NCBI GenBank assembly: GCA_001687465.1
Contig: LVLI01000326.1
Coordinates: forward strand, 1-64,000
Origin: Halocafeteria seosinensis
Lineage: Eukaryota
Length of the DNA stretch: 64,000 nt
Reading direction: 5' to 3'
Below are positions 1 to 11,400 of this stretch, piece after piece (the first letter of the stretch is position 1; every line of letters begins with the position of its first letter). A program made the translations under genes and the position numbers. The notes beneath the pieces were generated by a model that was given only the letters and a program-made list of their open reading frames with translations, searched no databases and had not been told where the DNA came from.

Positions 1-2084
1 ACGACATCGATAGTGGATCCCAGTCCCTCAAAAGTGTTGACCTCGAGCACAGTTCCCATTGGAAAGTCCATGTACATCATACGCTTTCCCATAAGCTGTT
101 GCGTTAACTTGATCATCAGCATGAGTAAGTCGGGAATGCCTTCTCCTGTCATAGCAGATGTAGGTACAATCGATACGTTATTCTTGAAATTGGTGTTCTC
201 GTAATAGAGATAAGCATTGAGCCCTTCTGCTTGGAATTCAAACATTATATCCTTGGCCCTCCGGTTAAATTCTTCCTGGGTATGCTGCGGCTGGTTGGCT
301 AAGGTAGTTCTAAAGGCTTGGTTTTGTTCACTCTTCCATCCATAGCATCGGTCAATCTTGTTCAGAGCGACGACAAAAGGGGTCTTTGATTCTCGAAGCA
401 TGTTCAGTGATTCCTTCGTCTGCGGCTCGAGGCCATGCATAATGTCTACGACTAAAATAGCTATGTCACATAGCGACGATCCTCGGGAGCGCAAATTAGT
501 AAAGGCTTCGTGACCTGGTGTATCAATAACGAGCAGACCCGGTACCTTGTACTCAATTTCCAACTGGTCTTGCAATTTGTCGGTGCTTTTCCTCAAGTTG
601 TCAATGGGAAACCAAGTTGAACCGATTTGTTGTGTGATACCACCAGCTTCACCCTCTTGAACATGTGTCTTCCTAATTCGATCCAAAATTTTGGTCTTCC
701 CTGTATCCACATGACCCATGACACAGCAAATAGGACTTCTGAGTTTGTCCGAAGACCTGTTTTGCTTTGCTTCCTCTAAACGCTTCTTGCGATTTTCCCG
801 GCTCAATTCAATTCGTTCTTCCAAACTCATAGTATTCTTATCGACCTTCGGTTGCGCCTTGTGTTTCGGTCCTTTCAACGCAGTAGCCAGGCTATCGTAA
901 AGCTTTTCCTTTTCAGCTTCATCATCATCATCCCATGCTCCTGCGGCAGACGAAACAGACACCTGAGGTACCGACGGTACTTCTTCAACGTTGTCTAGGA
1001 GATCTTCCCAACTATCAGCCATTGGCTGCTCTGCAGCATTAGCCTGTTCCTGCTCCATCTGTTTTCTCGCCTCTTCTTTCATCCTCTCCTGCTCTTCCTT
1101 TTCTTTCTCTTCCTGGAGCTTTTTTTGCTGTTGTTTCTTTTTCCGCAATTCTATTTCTTTTTGTTTCTCGTCCTCAAGTTTATTCTCCGCACTAGAAGAC
1201 GCTTGAGCGCTTTCACCCGAAGATGGTACATGCATGCCCGCGGCCTTCATTGCTTCGAACCTATTCTGCGCTTCCTGGGCTTTCCTTCGTTGAGCCTTCG
1301 TGAGGTAGGTTCCCTCTTTCTTTTGGCGTTCAATTTCCTTCCTTTTTTCTTCTTTCTTCCTTTCTTTCTCTTCTTCGATTCGCTTGCGCTCTTCCTCCAA
1401 ACGCTTCTTCTCTTCCTCTTCTTGGCGTTTTCGTTCTTCTTCCTCTTTCTTCCGCCGCTCCTCTTCAGCTTTGGCTTTGGCTTTCCTTTCCTGAGCAAGT
1501 TTTGCTACTGCAGATTTAGGTTTGGCAGAATCTTCTTCTTCAGCAGCGGCCCCTGAGGTCTCCTGTTTGTTCTCCTGTTTACCACCCTTTCCCTTCTTTT
1601 TACCGCTCTTCTTCTTCTTCTTACTAGATCCACCTCCGCTGTTGTCTTCGATACCCAATTGTGCTAAGTAAGCATTTGCAGAGCTTTCTGGGTCCTCTTT
1701 CTCGTCATTTTGCTGTTGCTGCTTCCCATTGGTGTCTTCCTTGTCCTTCGCCGAATCCTTCTTATCCTGTTCGGCCGTGTCTGTTTGCGGGGCAAGTTTC
1801 TCAAGGAGCTCCCATTCGTCTTCCTCCTCTTCCTCTTGTTTCTTCTTTTGCTTATTCTTCTTCCCTTTTTTACCACTACCTCCGGAGGTCGAGTTCACTC
1901 CACTTTCACTTCCCTTCTTGCCTGACGAAGTTGAAGTTGCTGTCTTGGATGGTGGTTGAGGTGCTGGCGCTGGAGGTTCATCCCCCTCATCATCGTCCTC
2001 ATCTTCATCAGAATCACTCATGTAGGCGGCAAATCCGCTTTTGGGGGCTTGGGAATCTTCTTCCTCACTGCTGTACTCGCTCAT
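1..2084 (-). CDS. EIF5B: Translation initiation factor eIF5B (IF2 family GTPase), 3'-partial (continues beyond position 1)
   Basis: Reading frame from ATG at 2084 ([15 protein letters not shown]...) to the window edge. It is absent from the ORF track because no stop lies in the window. A K/E-rich N-terminus is followed by [82 protein letters not shown] and [15 protein letters not shown], the eIF5B G-domain motifs. Confidence 0.96.
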   Translation of the reverse strand, partial: MSEYSSEEEDSQAPKSGFAAYMSDSDEDEDDDEGDEPPAPAPQPPSKTATSTSSGKKGSESGVNSTSGGSGKKGKKNKQKKKQEEEEEDEWELLEKLAPQTDTAEQDKKDSAKDKEDTNGKQQQQNDEKEDPESSANAYLAQLGIEDNSGGGSSKKKKKSGKKKGKGGKQENKQETSGAAAEEEDSAKPKSAVAKLAQERKAKAKAEEERRKKEEEERKRQEEEEKKRLEEERKRIEEEKERKKEEKRKEIERQKKEGTYLTKAQRRKAQEAQNRFEAMKAAGMHVPSSGESAQASSSAENKLEDEKQKEIELRKKKQQQKKLQEEKEKEEQERMKEEARKQMEQEQANAAEQPMADSWEDLLDNVEEVPSVPQVSVSSAAGAWDDDDEAEKEKLYDSLATALKGPKHKAQPKVDKNTMSLEERIELSRENRKKRLEEAKQNRSSDKLRSPICCVMGHVDTGKTKILDRIRKTHVQEGEAGGITQQIGSTWFPIDNLRKSTDKLQDQLEIEYKVPGLLVIDTPGHEAFTNLRSRGSSLCDIAILVVDIMHGLEPQTKESLNMLRESKTPFVVALNKIDRCYGWKSEQNQAFRTTLANQPQHTQEEFNRRAKDIMFEFQAEGLNAYLYYENTNFKNNVSIVPTSAMTGEGIPDLLMLMIKLTQQLMGKRMMYMDFPMGTVLEVNTFEGLGSTIDV

Positions 2085-2694
2085 TTTCTCAGAGTTCTTG
2101 GGTCTCGATTTTGGGCTCTATAAGTCGATATCGTGCTTCATGTAAGATCAGCCTCGTCTCATGCCACAGCTTTGGACTGATATTAAAGGTCCGGTATCGT
2201 ATAATGAGCTTAATAATCTCATGTAACTATATATAGTCATATAAGACGCAGGTGTATACGAAGGCGACAAAAAAGGTTGGGGTCGCGTACGTCCCTTTAG
2301 CTTCCCTTCGTATCAGACACAGGGGATGGCTACAGACTCCACACGTGTGACGCAATGTCTGTCTCTGTCACTTAATTTGGCCTCTACAGCGACGTATCAC
2401 GTACACTGCAGACTATTGTCTATCTTTTTATTGCAACTAAACTTGCGAGTTCGCGAGTTAGTACAACAATTCTTCTGTTTAATGGATCATGTTGAAGCTG
2501 AGGTGGCTGCTCGCCAAAAAGTTGGAATTCAAATGGGCGCCAGCGGCCACGCCGTCGGTGACCAGATGCCAACTGGCACTGTCGATCTGAGCCGCTGTAC
2601 CCGGTACCCTTATACGTTGCATGTTCTAAATTAACACCGAATATACCGTAAGTGTTAGTTGACGTACTGCGAGACAGCCAACTGCGGCACGGTA

Positions 2695-4101
2695 CTAGCC
2701 GTTCCTGCTGACACTATGGTCAACTGAGCATATTCCACTAAGTGAGCTTCCTAACAGCTCTAATGTTTGCAAACTTCCTAAGAAGATTACCGCCTTCATA
2801 GAAAGGGTACTCTGCGTGCAGTGTCGAACATCCAGGTACGTCAGGCGCGGTAAATGACGAAATCCATCATCAGTAATTGTGGTTTGGATGCACCCTCCCT
2901 GACATGTTCAAACGCTCTAACCGGGTTAGGTGCTTAAAACCGTCGTCTGTAATGGTTGTTTGAGACGCACCGGGCATCTGTAACTCAGTCAACCCAGATA
3001 AGTGGCTAAAGGCTTGATCATTCAGAACTAACGAATTTGCCTCCAAAGAGACCAAACTTGTTAAGTGCAGAAAAAATTGGTGAGTGTGGAATGGTTGCCG
3101 TCGTCCATTCGGAGGTGCATTAGACGTGTCAAGTATAGAGAGCTATCGTCTGTTAAGGTGGTCAAGTCGCAACTGCCGAAGTCGAGATCAAGCACTTGAC
3201 TCATGTGCTTCGAACTGCTATCGGTGATAGCAAGGTCGCGGGTCCGGTAAAGTATTAGATGGCACAGGCTTGCCGGTAAATACGCAAACGTCTTATCTGT
3301 CAGCTGAGAACTCCGAGCAATGTCAAGTACGCTAATTTGCGACATGTTTTGAAATGGTCCTTCAACTGAAAACGAAATGGGCGTCGACCAGACGGCCAAC
3401 TCTCTTAATTTCCCCATATCTGAAGATCCCATCTGTCAGGTCAGCATCGACGTATCGCAAGTCTAGTTTGGTAAGGGAAGTCAAGTGACTAAACGCTTCA
3501 TCTGTAACGCGACTCATATTCGTGCAACTCAATAAGCCCCCATGCACTGCAGCTCACGTAAGGAAGCAGCTGTCGGCTACGTTCATTGAAGTACCGCCTT
3601 CTATCTCTCCAATTATAACCAGGCGTCTCAGATTTGTCGCAGTACTAAAGTTACACCCCTCGATAGATCCGAAACCACGAAAAAAAATGCTAGTCACCTG
3701 ACTCAGGCCAAGGTCTTGGACGCTAAAGCGATTTTTTTCCACTTGGCTACTTGATGCCGCTTCTCCCAGTACAACGCTTCCTCTGAACCTGGTACACTGG
3801 TTAACCAACTCCGTCAATGCTGCGTCGGCGACCAAACCATGAAGTACGCAAGAACTCCAAGATTTACTACCGCCAGGGTCTGAAAGCTATTCTTGTGTTT
3901 TACATTTAGTTGCTTTCTCCCTTCATACATCGACTTGCGTCTCTTGGGAATAGTACTGTATTAGCGATGCTAGCTTCATTGTCCAGATGCTCAGCTGTCC
4001 AATATGAGGATTAATGGTTTGCCAATACTGCAGTTGTTGTCCAAGGTCCGTCCCGTGTGCATGCTCCGAATATTAATCTAAGTACACTGAAAGGATTTCC
4101 A
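2695..4101 (-). pseudogene. Leucine-rich-repeat protein pseudogene (copy A; 5' limit approximate)
   Basis: Consecutive LRR fragments (VTDEAFSHLTSLTKLDL, LTDKTFAYLPASLCHLIL, TITDDGFKHLTRLERLNMSG, TITDDGFRHLPRLTYLDV) are broken by an in-frame TGA at 3554-3556 and frameshifts near 3415, 3070 and 2895. None of these breaks has GT-AG intron signals. Confidence 0.8.
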
Positions 4102-4967
4102 TCTTCCTGGTACGCTTTGGGATGTATACACAGACACATATACGTTTAGGATATCTTGAACTTCCTTCTCGGTGTCAACTTCTTTAAACGAGCACTTCAT
4201 TCGCCCGACCACTAGTGGGACATGACTAAATGCATCTGCTGCTACATGTCATATGACTCATATCGCCAGGCCTGTTCAATTTGCTCACAAGGACTCTGTT
4301 GGAAGTGCTGGAAGTGGGGATGTGCGGATAGCCCATAGTTTAAGTAACACCGATACAGTATCGGTTTGGAAGTTGGTGGACAGGGATGACACAACTGTAG
4401 GAACCTACGAGTCACTACGTTCGGGAGGTTTCCTTAATTGTACATTGAGACTCGCGTTACCCGGCGGTTCAATCGTGCCTCTCTCTCTCTCTGTGTCTCT
4501 GGGGATTGGAATCCGTGCATGCTCTCTTGCGTTTTACACCCAGCAGTCAGACGATGGCTGTCTTCACAACCCTATCTGTATGTAACTATACCGAGTGGAT
4601 AGAGGTAGCATAAGTTATACAATACATATCTTCCAACGATTGCTAGCATCCGAATTCATTGATTGCATCGTGTGTGTGAAGTTTATCGCAAAGAGAGGGG
4701 GTCCGACCGACTCCATGGTATGATATTCCATAGCATACACATGAGTCTGTTTATCTGTGACCAGAAGTACAGACGGGAGGGGAAAAAGGGCAGTTTGTAT
4801 TGTATAGAGGAGGGCATCTCTTCTTCCATCTTATGCACTGGAGGGAGCATAAAGCTGCCACCCTCTGCATTGATCAGCTACTGTATTAAACTAGCAAGAA
4901 AGAATAGGGGTGCTTTGTATGTCTTTGATTAGCTCGTTATTTTGGGACAATTGGCTGGCGCGAAACA

Positions 4968-7262
4968 ATGAGCGAGGAACCGGATGAAAGTCCAGTCCAA
5001 CCTGGAAATCGCCGTCCTGGACGAAGGCTACGGACAACGCAAGCGCAGTCAGCGTCCCACGCAGATACGGAGGCCCGTGGAGATGATCAGGGCCAGTCAA
5101 CGGCATCGAGTGCTGCCGATGCTGCTGCCGCAGGTGGGAGTGAAAGAGGTATGTGGAAGCTTCGAAGACTCAGAAGCAGCAACCTATCAACTACATTTCG
5201 CTTTCGCCTACCAACAGGTCCATCTTCCGTGTCTTCATCTTCGGGACGGCTAGGGTGCGTCACCTCTGCTTTGATCTTGCTGTATCTCGTCATGCGAGAC
5301 GTCACGATTTCTTTTGAATGACAACTGCTGAACCAGGTCATTGCTTCGAGGCGTGGGTGCTGAAGAAAGTGCGATAAATATGGGCTCGACGAGATCAGGT
5401 GGTGCATCCTTATCTGCCCGAGAACCACCACCAGCAACGTCTTCAGCGTCATCCACGACGTCGCTTCCCAGTGGAGCAACCTCTGCCGCAGTCGTAGGTT
5501 CTGGAAAACCGAAAGTAAGTTTAAGTTCCTTCGTTGAAGTCATTGAAACCACAATATCAACCCTCGTGGTTGGACACAGTTTGCCCCGCGTAAGAAGGCT
5601 CATCAACCAAGGTAAGTACCACTTTTTACTTGCTACGTTCCCGGCAGTTACTAAGAACAATCCTGTTTGGTGCCCGTCGATGCAGAAAGGGTGTGGCAAA
5701 GCAGCAAGAAGTTTCAGCTTCCGCCACTCAAACTGCGTCGGCAGAAGAACCCGATGCAGAGGCGCAAGAGTCGACGAAACTGTCAGCTGTTAAAGAGGCT
5801 TCTACTGAGAAAGGAAAGCGTCGACTGCAAAAGCGTAGCGAAAAGCTAAAGAAAACTGGGTCCTCGCAGTCTGGGCGAGTGGCATTTTCCGGAAACATGG
5901 AGGCGAAATTGAGCAGCGCAGGATCAAAAGCAGCTGCGCGTACAAGACAGTCGTCATCAGAGCGTAAGACTGGAGACGACCCTCAGTCTACGCGGCAAAG
6001 AGCGGATGATGCCAGCCAAGGTAAAACAGGAGTTGCCTTCGCTGCTGGAGAAGGGCAGGAGATAGTAAGCTCGGAGAACGAACAAAGTGCCGAAGAAGGA
6101 ACGGGTGAAATTGAGGACGATGAATATGAAGCCGAAGCTGGAAGGTGGCCGCCGAAATTTTCTGACCCTGAGGGCCCGAACACTCTTCCCATGGAAACAG
6201 TAGAGGGTGATATGTTTCTGGATAATAAGAAAAGTAGCTCCCGGGAAGAAGAAAGGAAGTTATCGTTAGCGGAGAAAGAGACTGCTGAAGCTTTACTTTC
6301 TCAGGAGCTAGCTGAGAGGGCTGGCTTAATTGGTTTAGGGCTAAGCTCCGACGCTCACGCAGTTGAAAACGCCGCTGCCGCTTTATGCGGTTCAGACTTT
6401 GCCGATATCAGTACTGTATGTTTAGGCAAGCAAGTAGGAGCTGCTTAAAATTAGTCCATTTATGTATATTGTATATTGTGCAGAGTACTGCAAACAGAAC
6501 GGTGACAAATGAAGAGCTCATGTTCTTTCAATTACCGTCTCGTTTACCGTTTGACAACCAAACAAAAATTGCCAACGAATTTGTCGGACATCCACAGGAT
6601 TCATTGGCTGATTCCGCCGCAGAGGACCCAACACTTGTTAAGACAGAGGAAGGAGAGTCTGCAGAAAATCTTTTACCTCAAGACGTTAAAGACTCGCAAG
6701 AGTTGGCTCAAAAGCGCCTGGACCCGTACCATATCACAGAGTCTATGAAAGCGTTACCTGAGGGTCGGGTGGGAAGAGTAAGTGTCGTGTCAACGTTTGC
6801 AATTGCTACGCAGCGTGACAGGCCATTTTCCTGTACTGTCTGATTCCCCAGATGAAAGTATACAAGTCGGGCAAAGTGAGCATGCAACTCGGAGATCTTG
6901 AGTTCGATGTTACTGCAAGCCAAGCCGTTAGGCATCACCAACAAGTAGTGAAGATTGAGACGTTCAAGGGTCAAAGTGAAGACTCTCAGGATATCGATAG
7001 TGGCGCCTATGTGGAACTGGGTAACGTTCCTCGTAGATACATAGCTACGCCGAAGATAGAACAGATGTTGAGAGACTGGGAAAAGGAAGGTGATGCTAAT
7101 GGGACGGGGTCAACTGATGCCTCCGGAGTAGAGGTATTGGCATCGGCGTCAGCGGTGAACGTATCTGCTAATGACTCCCGAGAAGTATCTTCGGATGAAG
7201 AACATCCCTCGCGAGCTTCCAATACATTTCGTAGAACTTTCGTCAAGAAGGAAAAGAAATGA
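4968..7262 (+). CDS. RPC4: RNA polymerase III subunit RPC4 (Rpc53/POLR3D); exons 4968-5148, 5218-5254, 5337-5514, 5580-5611, 5686-6415, 6484-6777, 6852-7262 (~620 aa)
   Basis: Six GT-AG introns give a continuous 1863-nt frame. The C-terminal Rpc4 domain reads LMFFQLPSRLP...LPEGRVGR/MKVYKSGKVSMQLGDLEFDV...QQVVKI...ELGNVPRRYIATP. The N-terminal GRLGSL and KPKFAPR motifs resemble Rpc53. Confidence 0.88.
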
Positions 7263-7441
7263 TGAATGGGTCGCCCTCACGTGCATTAGAGTATCTTTCT
7301 TGTGGTCAGACCAACATCGCCGGTCATTTTCTACAACCGAAACGTTTACCTCCTCTTGAATTCAAACGTAACAAGTAAATAAGCAAAATGTTGAGAAGTC
7401 TATGGGTGCTCTACTAGGAACTTCCGCTTCGACTGAGTGCA

Positions 7442-8400
7442 ATGGAAGTGGTCTTTATCTATTAGAAAGTAATGGCAACCGATGCCTCTCAAGAATGATG
7501 CACATGGACACCGAATATGCAGTTAATGCGGAGGTATGAACCGCTAGCCCTATCCATGAATGTAAGCCACAAGCCAGCTTCTGTGCAGGTATCTTTTACA
7601 GGGGTATCTTCCCAGAAAAGTCTATCAGACAGGATACAGGCCATTGTTCTTCAGTTCCGTTCGCAGTTACATCTCCAGAAGAAATCGTCAACTTCGAGAA
7701 GTTGCCGACTTGAAGAAGTTACTCGAAGAAGTAACAAGGGACAAAATTTAATCTTTATGAGTTACCGTACAATATACCTACCGTCCTTGTTTCATTTGCT
7801 AGCCTGGGCATTCTACCAGTTGTATTCTATGAGAAATCTGCCAGCTCTGCTTTCGACCTATCCGACGAAGACTCCGCGTTGCTGCTAAAGTAGTGTCACA
7901 AACGCCACGCTTGAGAAACATGAGGATCTAGGCATTGATGACTGCATACAGACCACTATTACAAATGAGTGGTTTTCAAAACTGACGAACCTTGTTCATC
8001 TACGAATGTTGTATTGCACTCAATCTACCCTTACCGAATAGCTTTTCAGTCACTTTCCTTCCCTTCAATCTTTGAAGGTAAATACGCCCGCTCCAACAGA
8101 CCAGCCACTGAGCAATTTGACCCTTTTGACAGAGCTAAATATACACGGAGCTTCTCACGAAACGGTCACGGATGAAGGTTTCTCCCACCTAGCGAAGCTG
8201 AGGCATCTAAACATGTCTAGAGATAGAAAGCATGAAAGATAGAATAAGAGTGGAATAGTTGAAATCTTTTCACGAAGGTTTTCAGGTAGATACATGACGG
8301 TGATCAATGAATTTGTGGCTACGTATATCATATACATATTTGCCAGGCTACTTAGAACATGCATGTATTCGTCCCTTGGCTGCTATCAGGTCACATACTC
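7442..8400 (+). pseudogene. Leucine-rich-repeat protein pseudogene (copy B, paralog of copy A; limits approximate)
   Basis: The frame from 7928 reads LGIDDCIQTTITNEWFSKLTNLVHLRMLYCTQSTLTE*LFSHFPSLQSLKVN...DQPLSNLTLLTELNIHGASHETVTDEGFSHLAKLRHLNMS...*. This is collinear with copy A and contains in-frame TAG stops. Confidence 0.75.
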
Positions 8401-8431
8401 TGGCCAAGTCCGCCAATTTTGCGATATAGAC

Positions 8432-11400
8432 TCACTTGAAACGGGTCGACTGGGTTCTTCCAAATGCTCGTTTACGTCGACTCCCGCGCTTTTCTCCAAT
8501 TCGACGAAGAGACTCATAGTCAAGCGACCTCAAGGGATTGTTAGGCGGGGTATGTGCGTTGTCAGCAGATGTTTCAGGCTCGGGTGAGGTGGGAATGGGG
8601 ACAGGCGCATTGGTTTGGTCAAATTCTTTTTTCGTATGCTTGTTTCCGAGTTTCTGTGAAACAGTTGCTTCATTGACTAGCTGTTTTCGTTCTTTGTCGA
8701 CATTCCTGAAATGCTGCGGAGTTCCGGCTTTTGACCTGCGAGATGCTCCGAGCCGCCCCTGATTAAAGTAGTACTGGTTCGACTGCATTACTACCGACTG
8801 CGAACCCGCCTTGGTTTCATTTATCGTGGGTTGCGATGTTACTGGATTCGACACACCGCGGACTGTGCTCTCTTCTGCTCGTGGTCCCGGTGACGAGTAC
8901 ACAGCAGCAGCACTCGATGGCGAACTTCCGTACTGTTGTGCACGGGATACGGGAGAGCCTTTATACTCACTCTTACACTCTTTCGCAGTGAGTGGGTTCG
9001 TGTATAATCCCGACGATATAGCTTGTCCTGTAGGTTTACTATGTTTGCGGAACTCCTGGCGTCGAGAACGCCCTCGGACTTTGGCCACATAGAAAATAAT
9101 CGCCCCAATAAGGAGCAATGCAAAGATCCCTGCAGCCACGGGCACCGCTGCCAATATGATTACATTTGATGATTCGCTCTTATCTTGATTGCTGTCTCCA
9201 CTACCCGCGTCCTCTTCGTCCTCCGGGTCGTCTGTTCCCGAGTCTCTGTCATTATTGTCACCATCCCCTTCGCCTCCGGGATCGCCATTTTGGTCGCCTT
9301 TATCGGTGTCGCCGTCTCCACCTGAGCTATCGCCGTTTCTATCGTCGCCTGATCCACTTTCAGAGTCTCCAATCTGGGAAGAAGGCATGTTTCTGCTGAG
9401 CACACAGCTTATCGGCAATTCGCTAGTACCCGAAACTTGCGTAAAGCCCAATGCACACTGGTCGCATTTCTTTCCCGCAACCCCGTGGTCACAAGCGCAC
9501 GCGCCTGACGCACCGTCACAAGCTCCCCTTCCAGAGCATGGTTCATTAGTGGCACTGGGACAAGAAAGGAGTTTGGGGCAGTCATCACAACATCTGTTCT
9601 CTGCAGAATCCGTGCAAGATTCCCCCAATTCGCATACACCATTACCGCATGCGCTTTCAGCTAAGGATGCAATTGAGTCATCTTGAAAGTTAAGCCCCTC
9701 AATCAGCGGCTCTGAGCCAAAGAAGTTGGACAAAGCGTTCTCCACGCTGTCACAAGAGCCGTATGGCGTGTCCACCTCGTGTCTTGGAGAGACCGAAAAA
9801 GTAAGTTTAAGCGTGGGCTCGCCTTCGGTTTTCTGAACAGATTCGAGGTCCACGGTGCCCGCGGGCATCTCCAATGTATTCACCAATTTAGGTTCAACAT
9901 TTTCCTCAAAGACGGAGCGCTGAGGGCTATCCGCTGAGGATATTGCGTCCACTTCTTCGCCCGGGAGGGTGGATGTATTGACCGTAAATGCAGCACTTAC
10001 ACTGCAGCGACAGGAAGACCCATCCCCATCGCAAACACCGCAAGCGTCCAAAGTCCCCGATTTGCAACATGATTTGTCGGGTGCCAAGACTCCATGGCAA
10101 CATCTACCCTCGCGATCAACAGAGCGTCCATCTCCACCGCAGATACCACAAGCATCAACTTCCTGTTTACTACAACACTCACCACCCTCATCGCGGGTGG
10201 GGTCACTATACACGTCGAAAGAGCAACATTGACCGTTACTATTGAGAACGTTGCTCAGGCAGCAAGTACCGTTTGCGTCAGGGATGCCATTTTCTGCTAA
10301 GCACGGGGAGTTTTGTTGAATAGAGCAAGCTGAACCTGTCCAACCATCATCGCAAACGCACTTCGCCTCCCCATCCCCTTGTCTATTGCAGTCCCCGTGC
10401 ACACATTGTGCAATATCGCAGGGATCGCAACCACTGGGCATACAAGGTTCAGATGTTGTTGGTTTGGCAGAGTTGTCGCAGTGGGATTGGTTCGCCTTTT
10501 GCCCGCTGTCGTAGTCAATACACTCTACCTCGCGGCTTCTCGTGCCATTGCTGCACGAGTTGCCTGTACAATCACCCCATTCGGAACCGCGCCACACATA
10601 CCAATTACATGCCCTGGTATTGCATTCTTTCTGAGTTGCCGGCCGCGAACCAATTTCACGGTCGCATTCAGTTAGAGATGTTTCAGTCCCGTTCACCGAG
10701 AAGACGCATTTCAAGTCACGGCGTTTTTTCCCACCTCCGCAGGCATGGCTGCACCTGCTCCATTCCATCGGCTGCCATTTCACCCGCATGCACTCACCAG
10801 CGAAACACTCTTCTTTCTCGGAGGGGCGCTCTTCAAGAGGGCAACTATCCGACAATACTACAGAGCGAGAGTGAATCTCCTCACAATATACCTGCCGTGT
10901 TCTACTTCCATTTCCACACGTCGCACTGCAATCTCCCCAACGGGAAAAGCTCCATTGGTATTCTGGACATTTTTGTAAGAAGCAGCTATCCACTATCGGA
11001 GGCCGCTCCACGTCCTCCTGGCAGTCATTCGAGTTAATTTTCTTCATGCCATCGGTTTTAACACAGACCAGCTCTCGTGTACGATTTCCCCAACCACAGT
11101 CTTCCGAACACTTCGACCACGGAGTGGAAACAAAAGCAATTGATGGGAGCTCAGAATCGCCACACTCTTCCCCTTTGCACAGTTGCCACTCGGAAGGCTT
11201 TGGAGAGTCGCAGAATTCTTCTGGTTCTTGCTTCTTGGTTGCATTGCTCACACAAGTAACATCACGAACCATTTTTCCGGGGCCACATTGGGAGTCACAA
11301 GATGACCACTTCCCTGTTGCCCACACGACCACAGGAGTGATAGTGAATGGTTCCGACTCCACGACTTGCTTTTGGTCCTTCTGATTACTCAATGGAACCA

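Noticed and set aside
13..2236. Plus-strand F/L/S-rich ORFs and K/R-rich minus-strand ORFs
   Set aside because: Antisense or alternative-frame shadows of the K/E-rich eIF5B coding sequence.
3554..3556. In-frame TGA (and TAG in LRR copy B) as a sign of an alternative genetic code or readthrough
   Set aside because: The same loci also carry frameshifts, and intact genes here end in TGA or TAG with no internal stops.
4479..4500. Short (CT)n tract
   Set aside because: Ordinary microsatellite of about seven units with no associated structure.
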